Shown here: one piece after another, positions 9,901 through 19,848 of the stretch
How the letters are laid out: every line of letters begins with the position of its first letter
Numbering within the stretch: position 1 is the first letter of the stretch
NCBI RefSeq assembly: GCF_006345805.1
Contig: NW_021823719.1
Location: 1 to 21,506 of the forward strand
Source of the DNA: Octopus sinensis
Taxonomy: Eukaryota
Length of the DNA stretch: 21,506 bases
Reading direction: 5' to 3'
Program-made: the position numbers and the translations under genes
Notes under the pieces: generated by a model
Told to the model about the DNA's origin: nothing
The model's database searches: none
The model's input: the letters and a program-made list of their open reading frames with translations, nothing else

Positions 9901-10224
9901 AGTTTGTAGTATATACAAAAATGTTTTCTTTGAGTTCTTCTTCGTCTATATATAATACGGACTCTGTATTCTCCATTCGACAGCTGTTGTTGCACAATAA
10001 TTCAGACCACCCGGATAAAAAAAATAGAAAAAAAAAAAAATAGTATATCTTCTTGATCGAAATACTTTGAATAAAATATTTGTTACCCATAATTTTTATG
10101 CTTCTCTGATCAATTAATTTCTTTCTATGGAGTGTGGTGATATTTGCATCTCCTGTTTCCTGCGGAACCTCGACCAATGCTTCGATATTTCAATATCATC
10201 TCAGTAAGCGTGTGAGCTTGTATA

Positions 10225-10750
<526 letters not shown>

Positions 10751-11123
10751 TGTTCATAGAAATGCTACAATTCAGATCTCGAAAACACGATATCTCTCTC
10801 TTAGGACTGTCTCAGATGTATTTCCTTTTTATTTTACATATCCTGTTGCACCCACACACACTCACCCATACGCATGCGCCCGCACACACAAGGTTCCCGG
10901 CTTTTTTTTTTTTTCTTTTTTGTAACGTGGAAATTGCGTTAGAATAATGGCAAGAAGTCGTACAAACCTAGGAGAATAAAACAGCGTTTAGAAACGAAAG
11001 AAACGGATTTGTATACGAAGACTGGATTCGAAACGAAGTCTTTTGAGTCTTAATCTTAAAAATCTGAATCAAAATAACCTTTCATTATGATAGTTCGGGT
11101 AGATTTCGTACGTACGTCGTTGG

Positions 11124-11360
11124 AAGGCGGCGAGCTGGCAGAAACGTTAGCACGCCGGGCGAAATGCTTAGCAGTATTTTATCTGTCACTATGCTCCGAG
11201 TTCAAATTCCGCCAAGGTCGACTTTGCCTTTCATCCTTTCGGGGTCGATTAAATAAGTACCAGTAACACACTGGGGTCGATGTAATCGACTCAATCCGTT
11301 TGTCTGTCCTTGTTTGAACTCTCTGTGTTTAGCCCCTTGTGGGTAGTAAAGAAATAGGTA
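11124..11360 (+). mobile_element. SINE-B monomer ending in the first bases of a second unit
   Basis: A-box-like TGGCAGAAACG, B-box GAGTTCAAATTCC. It ends GTAGTAAAGAAATA followed by GGTA. Confidence 0.9.
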
Positions 11361-11379
11361 GAATTTGGCACCTAGGTAG

Positions 11380-11520
11380 AATTTGAACTCCGAATGCAAA
11401 GATCCGGATCAGACACGGCAAGAGATCTAAACTGAAGTTCTCTCAATTCCGTCAAGACACAGTCCTGGAATGGTACGTTATGTATCTACCCCGAAATGAT
11501 GAACGGTGAAGTTGTCCATA
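11380..11520 (-). mobile_element. decayed SINE-B-like fragments
   Basis: GAATTTGAACTCCGAA and TGGTACGTTATGTATCTACCCCGAAATGATGAACGG resemble reverse-complemented SINE-B segments. Confidence 0.45.
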
Positions 11521-11799
11521 TGGTGGTGCTGGATCTCCGTCGTTCAACGACGAGGATTTCACTTGTTCGATCAACTCCTTTACTTTCTGTATTACATGCT
11601 GTACCAATGACTACTGCAAGAGATTGTGGCAGAGCGCCGATTCCACCTGGTAGTCACACTTCTCCATCTAGCCCAGTGGTTCTTTTTATTTGGGGGCTCC
11701 TTTAATTCCTTTTTTATTCGAACGTACCCTCCTAGTCATTCTATGTTTTAAAAAATCCTGTTATATCTTTATAATTAAATATTATTAGGAACTGTATAT

Positions 11800-12378
11800 A
11801 AGGCGGCGAACTGGCAGAAACATTAACACGCCGCGCGAAATACTTTGCGGTATTTCGTCTGCCGCTACGTTCTGAGTTCAAATTCCGCCGAGATCGACTT
11901 TGCCTTTCATCTTTTCGGGGTCGATAAAGTAAGTACCAGGTTGCGTACTGAGGTCAATCTAATCGACTGGCCCATCCCCCAAAATTTCGGGTCTTTTGCC
12001 TAGAGTAGAAAAGATTATTTAAGGCGGCGAGCTGGCAGAATCGTTAGCACGATGGACGAAATGCTTAGCAGTATTTCGTCTGCCGTTACGTTATGAGTTC
12101 AAATTCCGCCGAGGTCGACTTTACCTTTCATCCCTTTGGGGTCGATAAATTAAGTACCAGTTGCATACTGAGGTCGATCTAATCGACTGGTTCCATCCCC
12201 AAAATTTCGGGTCTTTTGCCTAGAGTAGAAAAGATTATTTAAGGCGGCAGTATTTCCCCCGTCACTACGTTCTGCGTTCAAATTCCGTTGAAGGGTCAAT
12301 AAAGTAAGTACCAGTTGAACACTGGGGTCGATGTAATCGACTCATCCCAAGCTACCCTTGTGGCAAAAATTTGAAATA
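11800..12378 (+). mobile_element. head-to-tail SINE-B trimer (two ~220-nt units plus a deleted third)
   Basis: AAGGCGGC restarts at 11800, 12021 and 12241. Units 1-2 end CCTAGAGTAGAAAAGATTATTT; unit 3 has a different tail. Confidence 0.9.
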
Positions 12379-12420
12379 ATTATTAGGAATTGCATTTTAA
12401 AATAATTGTTAAAATGTTTT

Positions 12421-12452
12421 AGGAGTAGCTGTGTGGTAAGTAGCTTGTTTAC
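12421..12452 (+). mobile_element. 5' end of a SINE-A interrupted by the 2-kb insert
   Basis: AGGAGTAGCTGTGTGGTAAGTAGCTTGTTTAC is the SINE-A start. The rest resumes at 14496. Confidence 0.88.
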
Positions 12453-14495
12453 TTCCGGTTAACCAAAATGCAACACTAGTTGGTCTGAACTGTTACAGTG
12501 AGAAGATGTGAGTTTCGGCTCCGTGAATAGAAAAAAAGAACAAAAAGAAAATCTGTCAATTATGGCTCGCTATAGCGAGCAAAATACTGGGTTCTCATCA
12601 CCGTTGCGGTGAATTGAGAATTTTTGCTTGAAAATTCTTTTTGTAAATTCTAGTGGGCGTATCTCGCCAGAAAAATAAGAATAAGCCATTTGGATTACCT
12701 TTTTGGAGTATTATACAAAGGATTCCCTGTCTGTGCTATTTGTGACGTTTTTCTTTTCCTTTTCCTTCTTCTATTTTTTCTTTCTTTTTAAATTTTGGTT
12801 CATTCTTTTCATTACTTTAATTTCAGTTTCCTCCCCTCCTCTTTTATTTTGTTTTATTTTTATTCGGTTTAATTTTTTTGCAGACTGTCTTTTGAACTAC
12901 TTTTGAACTGTTTTTTGACATGGCAGAGAAGGAACTTAAAAAGAAAAACCCTGTCTTAGAGTGGGATATTAACCCGCCTAAGCAGTGGTTAAAAGATATG
13001 GAGGAGAAGACGATAGTACTTAGAACTTATTCTAAAGTTTTTAATTCCATCACCAAAACAAGTAATAAAAAAATGAACTTAAAGAATATTTGTCCTCTTT
13101 AAAATATATATCCCGTAATGTCAAACATGCAACCGTATGGTCGCTGTTTGACAACGGGGAAAAGGCTCGCCAGTTTGCGAGTCAGCGTTTAGAAGGCAAG
13201 GAAATTCTGTTCCTTCCGTCATATTGTGGAAGAAAATTAATACGAGCCTGGGTATGTGCGTTACCCCCAGGCACCGAAGCGGATTGGATTGAAGATACCA
13301 TCCGACGGGGACTGGGGGATGGAGGGCCTAGGCTCTTAAATGTAAGGGTATTGCCGGCGGTCGATTGGGAAGAGTCAAAAGCGATTTTGACCCTGTGGAC
13401 CCCATCGGCCGCAACAGATCTGGTTTTTCCAGATTTCTTGAAAATGGCTGGCTGCAGGTATCCGGTGATACTTGAGGGACGTCCCCCCAAGTGTCACTCG
13501 TGCTTGCAGCCAGGCTACATTAAAAGGAACTGCCCCCAGGACCATGGTAAGGTCCTGGAACAGTCACTAGATGCCACCTCCCCTACCCGGTCAAAGGGAG
13601 AGGTGGATGTGGTCGAGGAGGCTTCAGCCTCCTCAACTCAAAAAGGATTAAAAAGGAAGAAGGCGGGCAACAATAGTTGCCCGCCGAAGGAACCTAAGGC
13701 TTCGGGAGAAGCGGGGGAGAGTCTTCGGACAAAACGGAAGAGCTCCACTCTCCCAAAGTCAGGAAGAAAAGAATAAAAAGAAGGAAGAAGAACGGGTCAT
13801 CTCAGCGGGGAGATGATGTGCATGTTCCGAAGTTGTGCCACCCACGGTGGAAGAAACCACTCCCACCCTTAAAGATGATCAATTAATTATCTTTTTCTAT
13901 AAGGGCGGGGAGGTGGAAAAAATAGTAGAAGAACATAAAAAGACAGTAGATATGTCCTTCACACGGGATCCCGAATGGCCTCCGCAGATAGCTGTGGAGG
14001 TCATAAGGTTTCCCTTGTGGGAAAGGCTTAAAGGATTTGGGGAGGAGTGTCGATATGGCCGGGTGGCCCTTACACGATTACATGTCCTACATGAGTGAGG
14101 CATGGGAAATGGGGGATACAGGAACTCAAGCGGCATTGAAGATAATGATGAATATATCGATGGATATATCGAAGAGTAGGAGGTGAAAGACCCTTGTTAT
14201 AGGGATTGAAACCTCATCTTATTGTATTATTTGTAGTGGTTTATAACCTCAATTGTGTGTTTAAAAAAAACATGTTAAGTAAGAGCTTTTAGTGCCGCCT
14301 TCTTGTAAGAGGTTTGAAACCTCATATTGATTTTTAAAAAAAGAAAATGTTTTCAAGAAAAATCCAATCGGCGGGTTTTGGGTTTCGTCTCTCATTTATT
14401 CATTCTACTTCATTTTCATTCATTAATGTGTTTGTCCAGCCCGCAAAGCTACACACTCTTTGTACTGTCTATGATGACAAATTTTATGAAATAAA
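12451..14495 (+). mobile_element. ORF1-only non-LTR-type element (Tx1/L1-related, HAL1-like architecture)
   Basis: Bounded by AAGTAGCTTGTTTAC (12438-12452) and AAGTAGCTTGCTTAC (14494-14508). It starts ACTTCCGGTT, has a ~470-nt 5' UTR and one disrupted ORF, and ends AATAAA (14490-14495). There is no room for an RT ORF. Confidence 0.8.
12920..14098 (+). pseudogene. disrupted ORF1/gag-like protein with zinc knuckle (~390 codons when joined)
   Basis: Three track ORFs join: frame 2 (MAEKELKKK...), frame 1 (...VILEGRPPKCHSCLQPGYIKRNC, CX2CX4[H>Y]X4C at 13492-13533, then a basic low-complexity tail), and frame 2 again with one stop at 13814. The first ATG and last stop are in frame (1179 nt). Confidence 0.8.
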
Positions 14496-14816
14496 GTAGC
14501 TTGCTTACCAACCACATGGTTCCGGGTTCAGTCCCACTGCGTGGTACCTTGGGCAAGTGTTTTCTACTATAGCCTCGGGCTGACCAAAGCCTTGTGAGTG
14601 GATTTAGCAGACGGAAACTGAAAGAAGCCCGTCGTATATATGTATAATATATATGTATGTGTGTGTGTATGTTTGTGTGTCTGTGTTTGTCCCCCAACAT
14701 CGCTTGACAACCGATGATGGTGTGTTTACGTCCCCGTAACTTAGCGGTTCAGCAAAAGACACCGATAGAATAAGTACTAGGCTTACAAAGAATAAGTCCT
14801 GACTGAAACAACTAAG
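14496..14816 (+). mobile_element. remainder of the interrupted SINE-A
   Basis: GTAGCTTGCTTACCAACCACATGGTTCCGGGTTCAGTCCC...AAGAATAAGTCCT continues exactly where 12421-12452 stops. Confidence 0.92.
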
Positions 14817-14830
14817 AAATAAAAGATACA

Positions 14831-15147
14831 TACAGTTCTATATTTAAGCGATGAAGAATTGGGTACATTATTTACATTATTTACATTTGACGGATATTTG
14901 TCCTCATCCGTCAAATGTAAATAATGTACATAATAATGTACATCTCTTAAATATAGAACTGTATTATCTAATTGGTGAGGAGCCGACATTAGACTTCAAC
15001 GGAGACATATAGAGAAGAAACTCCATCAAAAACTTGCTCGTCTTTCAAACTATCTAACTTTCCTGTGTAGATGTAGAGACTCAAAGCTAATACCACCTGG
15101 CTTAAAAAACAAGATGAGAACAAATATCCGTCAAATGTAAATAATTT
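14831..15147 (+). mobile_element. truncated Penelope-like insertion: inverted pLTR piece, pLTR plus ORF start, direct pLTR piece
   Basis: Fold-back arms 14831-14895 and 14906-14963. The pLTR segment recurs at about 15108-15144. Flanks are AAATAAAAGATACATA (14817-14832) and AAATAAAAAGATACATA (15148-15164). Confidence 0.8.
14979..15104 (+). pseudogene. N-terminal fragment of a Penelope-like ORF
   Basis: GADIRLQRRHIEKKLHQKLARLSNYLTFLCRCRDSKLIPPGL (below the ORF track threshold) matches the EK...KLAR..N.L.FL.RC....IP.GL pattern typical of PLE N-termini. Confidence 0.75.
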
Positions 15148-15227
15148 AAATAAAAAGATACATATATGTTAATTTTAGCATTATGTACATTTTAGCATTA
15201 AACTGAAGAATTCCTCCTGAGAGTACA

Positions 15228-15571
15228 TACTCTTTTACTCTTTTACTCTTTTACTTGTTTCAGTCATTTGACTGCGGCCATGCTGGAGCACCGCCTTTAG
15301 TCGAGCAAATCGACCCCGGGACTTATTCTTTGTAAGCCCAGTACTTATTCTATCGGTCTCTTTTGCCGAACCGCTAAGTGACAGGGACGTAAACACACAC
15401 CAGCATCGGTTGTCAAGCAATGCTAGGGGGACAAAACACAGACCCCAAACACACACCCACATACTATATATATATATATACATATACGGCAGTCTTCTTT
15501 CAGTTTCCGTCTACCAAATCCACTCACAAGGCATTGGTCGGCCCGGGGCTATAGCAGAAGACACTTGCCCA
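15228..15571 (-). mobile_element. SINE-A, 5' head missing
   Basis: Runs from the (CTCTTTTA)n tail through the body to GACACTTGCCCA, where it abuts the next element. Confidence 0.9.
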
Positions 15572-15945
15572 TATTCATAATACTTTTACAAGATGCGCAG
15601 TTTCGACCTATTAGCCTTCGTCAGACTGTGGTGCATTTGGGTTCTTTTTGGCTTTATATAGTTGCTGGTAAGTTATTTTAGTAGGGTGGGTGTAGCTATG
15701 TGGAATGATAATGGTGTATGTACATCTGAGAAGTAGATGTATAGATAGGATGATACAGAAGGGTAGGAAGTAAGTATGTTTGAAGGGTGAGTGTTGATGG
15801 AAAGATATTGTTGGAGGATTTTATTGTTTGAAGTGGTAGTTGCGTTATTGTTCAGAGTTCAGTCAAGCGTGCAAATAACTTTCTGATCAGATGTTGCTAG
15901 TTTAAGAATATCGGATTCAGGCCATCTTCTTGTAAAAACATATCA
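15572..15945 (-). mobile_element. probable PLE 3' end/pLTR of a second family
   Basis: The minus strand has a C/A-rich UTR-like tract followed by a hammerhead core. There is no convincing protein motif, so the assignment rests on the ribozyme motif. Confidence 0.5.
15588..15630 (-). ncRNA. hammerhead ribozyme motif (imperfect stems I and III)
   Basis: CACAGT-CTGACGA-A-GGCT-AATA-GGTC-GAAA-C-TGCGCA-TC-TTGT: canonical core, stem II with wobbles, palindromic TGCGCA in stem III. Confidence 0.6.
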
Positions 15946-16408
15946 TAAATAAATGTTAGGGGGGTAGAGTAACTTGACAGCATCAAATCGTTTACCCCTC
16001 ACCCACGTATGTACCTGTAGTTGTTGAAACATCATACCCTAGAAAATGAGGGCTAACTGACGCCGCCATCTGGTGTACTCTACCACGTGGAGTATTCAAA
16101 GAGAAGAGCTGAGATCGCTGAAGTATCAAACCATAGGAAATACCAACTAATCGACACTGACATCACGTCTACTCCGCTACATGGGGTCTCCGAATAAACT
16201 AACTGTTGTCGCTGTGATAGCAAAAGCAACTACATGACTTAAACAAACCAATGAAAGCTTAAATACCCTCATCTAGGAGACATTTGAAATTTCCAATAAA
16301 ATTTCTTCACGGTTACTCCGAATATCTGCTGAGGTGGACTTGCCCTACACTCACAAAATTTTAATTAATTCGAACTGAGCCAAACTGTTATGAAATACAA
16401 CGTATGCC

Positions 16409-16610
<202 letters not shown>

Positions 16611-16739
16611 TCCCCATCTCTCTCCATATGCATACACACACACACACACACGCATACATGTATACATAATATATGCTGAGTGTTCTTACATATATACAAA
16701 CATAATCACACATGTACACACACACACACACACACACAT

Positions 16740-17416
16740 GCACACACACACATACACACACATACAGACACACATAAGCACTTTAGCCAGAACATACACA
16801 CACACACAATACACACACATACAGACACGCATAAGCACTTTAGCCAGAACATACACACACACACACACGCACGCACACACACACGCACACACATACACAT
16901 ACATACACACACACACATACACAAACACATACACACGCACGCACGCACACAGACACATACACATACAGACACACATAAGCACTTTAGCCAGAACATACAC
17001 ACACACATACACACGCACGCACACACAATACACACACATTCAGACACGCATAAGCACTTTAGCCAGAACATACACACACACACACACACACATACACACG
17101 CACACACAATACATACACATACAGACACGCATAAGCACTTTAGCCAGAACATACACACACACACACACATACACACGCACGCACGCACACACACATACAC
17201 ACACATACACACACACATAAGCACTTTAGCCAGAACATACACACACACATACACACACACATACACACACACATACACAAACACATACACACGCACGCAC
17301 ACACACATACACACACACATAAGCACTTTAGCCAGAACATACACACACACATACACACACATACACACACACAGACACGTACACATACAGATGCGCATAA
17401 GCACCTTAGCCAGAAC
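16740..17416. repeat. minisatellite: eight 21-nt anchors CATAAGCACTTTAGCCAGAAC separated by CA-rich spacers
   Basis: Anchors start at 16773, 16830, 16974, 17049, 17130, 17216, 17318 and 17396; the last has one mismatch. Confidence 0.95.
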
Positions 17417-17693
17417 GGTTTTAGAGATATGGACATAGACAGTTGCCGGGAAACATGAGTTGCTTTCAACCTTCCTTCAAGTGTTGTCACTTAATGCTGT
17501 GAACCAGTATTTGTGCCAAGAACTAAATCTGGAACCCACTTGATTCTTTGATAGATTAATTCCTGACTGATTTACCTTATCATGTAGTTTCATCGTGCAC
17601 TTTTGTGTGCATGTGTGTATGTATGTATATATGTGTGTATGTATGTGTGAATGTATGTTTATGTATGTGTGTGATTTTTATATGTGTGTGACA

Positions 17694-17856
17694 GGCGCAG
17701 GAGTGGCTGTTGTGGTAAGTAGCTTACTTACCAAACCACATGGTTCCGGGTTCAGTCCCACTGCGTGGCACCTTGAGCAAGTGTCTTCTACTATAGCCTT
17801 GGGTCGACCACAGCCTTGTGAGTCGATTTGGTAGACGGAAACCGAAAGAAGCCCGT

Positions 17857-17935
<79 letters not shown>

Positions 17936-18158
17936 TGTTTGTGTGTATGTGTTTGTCACCCCACCATCGCTTGACAACCGATGCTGGTGTGTCAACGTCC
18001 CCGCCGTAATTTGCGGTTCGGCAAAAGAGTCCGACAGAATAAGTACTAGGCTTAAAAAGAATAAGTCCTGGAGTCGATTTGCTCGACTAAATGCGGTGCT
18101 CCAGCATGGCTGCAATCAAATGACTGAAACAAATAAGGGAAGTAAAAGAGTAAGAGAG
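17694..18158 (+). mobile_element. SINE-A, full length
   Basis: GGCGCAGGAGTGGCTGTTGTGG...GGTTCAGTCCC...GTAAAAGAGTAAGAGAG, with an expanded internal TA/TG tract. Confidence 0.92.
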
Positions 18159-18283
18159 TATGTGTGTGTGTGTATGTGTGTGTATGTGTGTGTGTGTGTG
18201 TTTGCAATTATAAGTATGCGTATGCTTAAATGTAACCATATTCATGTCTATGTACACACACATACACATACATACACGCGCGC

Positions 18284-18320
<37 letters not shown>

Positions 18321-18321
<1 letters not shown>

Positions 18322-18472
18322 GCTTATTTCAGTGTCCGTCTACCAAATCCACTCATAAGGCTTTGATTGGATCGAGGCTATAGTAGAACATACTTGCCCA
18401 AGGTTCTACGAAATGGGACTGAACCTGGAATCATGTGGCTGGAAGGCAAGTTGCTTACCACACAGCAAACGC
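18321..18472 (-). mobile_element. SINE-A 5' half, more diverged
   Basis: TTTCAGTGTCCGTCTACCAAATCCACTC...GGGACTGAACC...TTACCACACAGC is the reverse complement of the head and centre. Confidence 0.85.
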
Positions 18473-18566
18473 CATATATATATATATACATACACAAACA
18501 AGGCGACATTTATATACGTACACATATATGTGTATGTGTGCGAATATGGCTTTGGATTCACATACA

Positions 18567-19435
18567 TACGAGGTGTGATCAATATGTATCTGGACTGTTG
18601 CCATAGTAACGAAGGTAAAGCACGCAGAGTGAAGCCGTTTGGTAAAAATTGACCTTGAACTCTCCTGTGCATGCGCACTAAGTTTTAACATTCTAGCTCA
18701 CTTCCGCTGTTTACGGCAGTGTTTGGAAGGAAGGCGTGTAGCGTGTGATCGTTGCATTGACCATGACAGAGAAAATTGTCATGGTGTTACCTGCTCAGAG
18801 ACCTACGCAAAGTTGCAGAAAGTGTATGGAGAGGAGTGTATGAACCACACACAAGTGTACGAGTAGTTCAGACATTTCCAAGATTGCTGAAAATATGTCT
18901 ATATTGACGAACGTTCTGGGAGACCCGCAACCAGCAGACTTTAGGAAAACAGCACAGATGTACGTGCAGCTGTGTGGGGAAATCCTTGAATCACCATCCG
19001 TGAGTTATCAGAGGATGTGCAGATTAGTCACGGTTCAGTTCAGTCATTATCACTGAAGATTTGGGTATGAGATGTGTGTCTGCCAAGTTTGTGCCAAAAC
19101 TGATTTCAGCTGACCAAAGAGACACTTGTGTAGAGAACGATGAAAACTTTTTGAAAACTTTGCGTAGGCCTCTGAGCTGGTATCGCCAAGATTTTAGCAA
19201 AATTTGATGCAGATTCTCTGCTCAACTTTCTCTGTCATGGTCAATGCAACGATCACACGCTACACACCTTCCTTCCAAGCATTGTTGTAAACAGAGAAAG
19301 TGAGCTAGGGCGTTAAAACTTAGTGTGTATACACAGTAGAGTTCAAGGTCAATCTGTATCAAGTGGCTTTAATCTGCGTGCTTTAACTTCGTTGTTATAG
19401 CAACAGTCCGGATACTTATTGATCAGACATATCTA
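18567..19435 (+). mobile_element. mariner-family transposon relic with two left ends
   Basis: Starts TA-CGAGGTGTGATCAATATGTATCTGGACTGTTG. The segment 19156-19435 is a diverged reverse complement of 18567-18814 and ends near TA. Confidence 0.88.
18789..19160 (+). pseudogene. mariner transposase N-terminal (HTH) region, stops and frameshifts
   Basis: SETYAKLQKVYGEECMNHTQVYE*FRHF...DERSGRPATS...ITIRELSEDVQISHGSV...LGMRCVSAKFVPKL. FVPK is the variant of the mariner WVPHEL motif. No DD34D domain is present. Confidence 0.88.
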
Positions 19436-19439
19436 TGTA

Positions 19440-19680
19440 ATATCTTAGCGTATCTCAGGCAACATGGTTAGAGTAGAGTAAGACAAGAGAGCAATGCCGT
19501 TTGTAGGATGGTAAAGGAGAAGTGTGAAATAAAATAAGATAAGATGATATAAAATAAAACCAGATAAAATTAAGTGTTGTGAGGTTTAAATTTCGTGATA
19601 GATTTAGGGATATAAAAGTTTTCAAGGTTCATGGACGTAAGAGATTAAGGATATATAAATGAAGAATGAGGAAATATCTC
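19440..19680 (-). mobile_element. inverted, diverged copy of the repeat at 20690-20990
   Basis: The reverse complement of 19562-19654 aligns by eye with 20748-20840 (CTTTTATAT.CCTAAATCTATC.CGAAA.TTAAACCTCA). Confidence 0.75.
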
Positions 19681-19689
19681 AACAAGGCC

Positions 19690-19845
19690 ACATCACTCAG
19701 CGCCGTGTTCCAGCACCACCAAGACCGTGGTTGGGGTATCTCCACCCGTATACTGGCGAGGAGGACGGATCACAGAGGAACACTTCATTAAGAAGGCAGT
19801 TTTAGTCGCCGTAATGACCTTGGTGGGTGGAAATAGATCTACTGC
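19690..19845 (+). pseudogene. probable PLE GIY-YIG endonuclease C-terminal fragment
   Basis: SAVFQHHQDRGWGISTRILARRTD, then after a frameshift HFIKKAVLVA...GNR, recalls the SAV.QH...KIL.RE...RKIKEA..I...NR pattern. Confidence 0.45.
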
Positions 19846-19848
19846 CTC

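Noticed and set aside
11660-11735. CAGTGGTTCT...CGTACCC resembling a hAT MITE left end
   Set aside because: The match is too short and there is no partner TIR or 8-bp TSD.
16773-17431. CRISPR-like look: repeats with spacers, followed by GTTTTAGAGATATG resembling a type II repeat start
   Set aside because: Spacers are low-complexity, related to each other and 36-123 nt long. There are no cas genes, the context is eukaryotic, and the GTTTTAGAG match occurs once and is short enough for chance.
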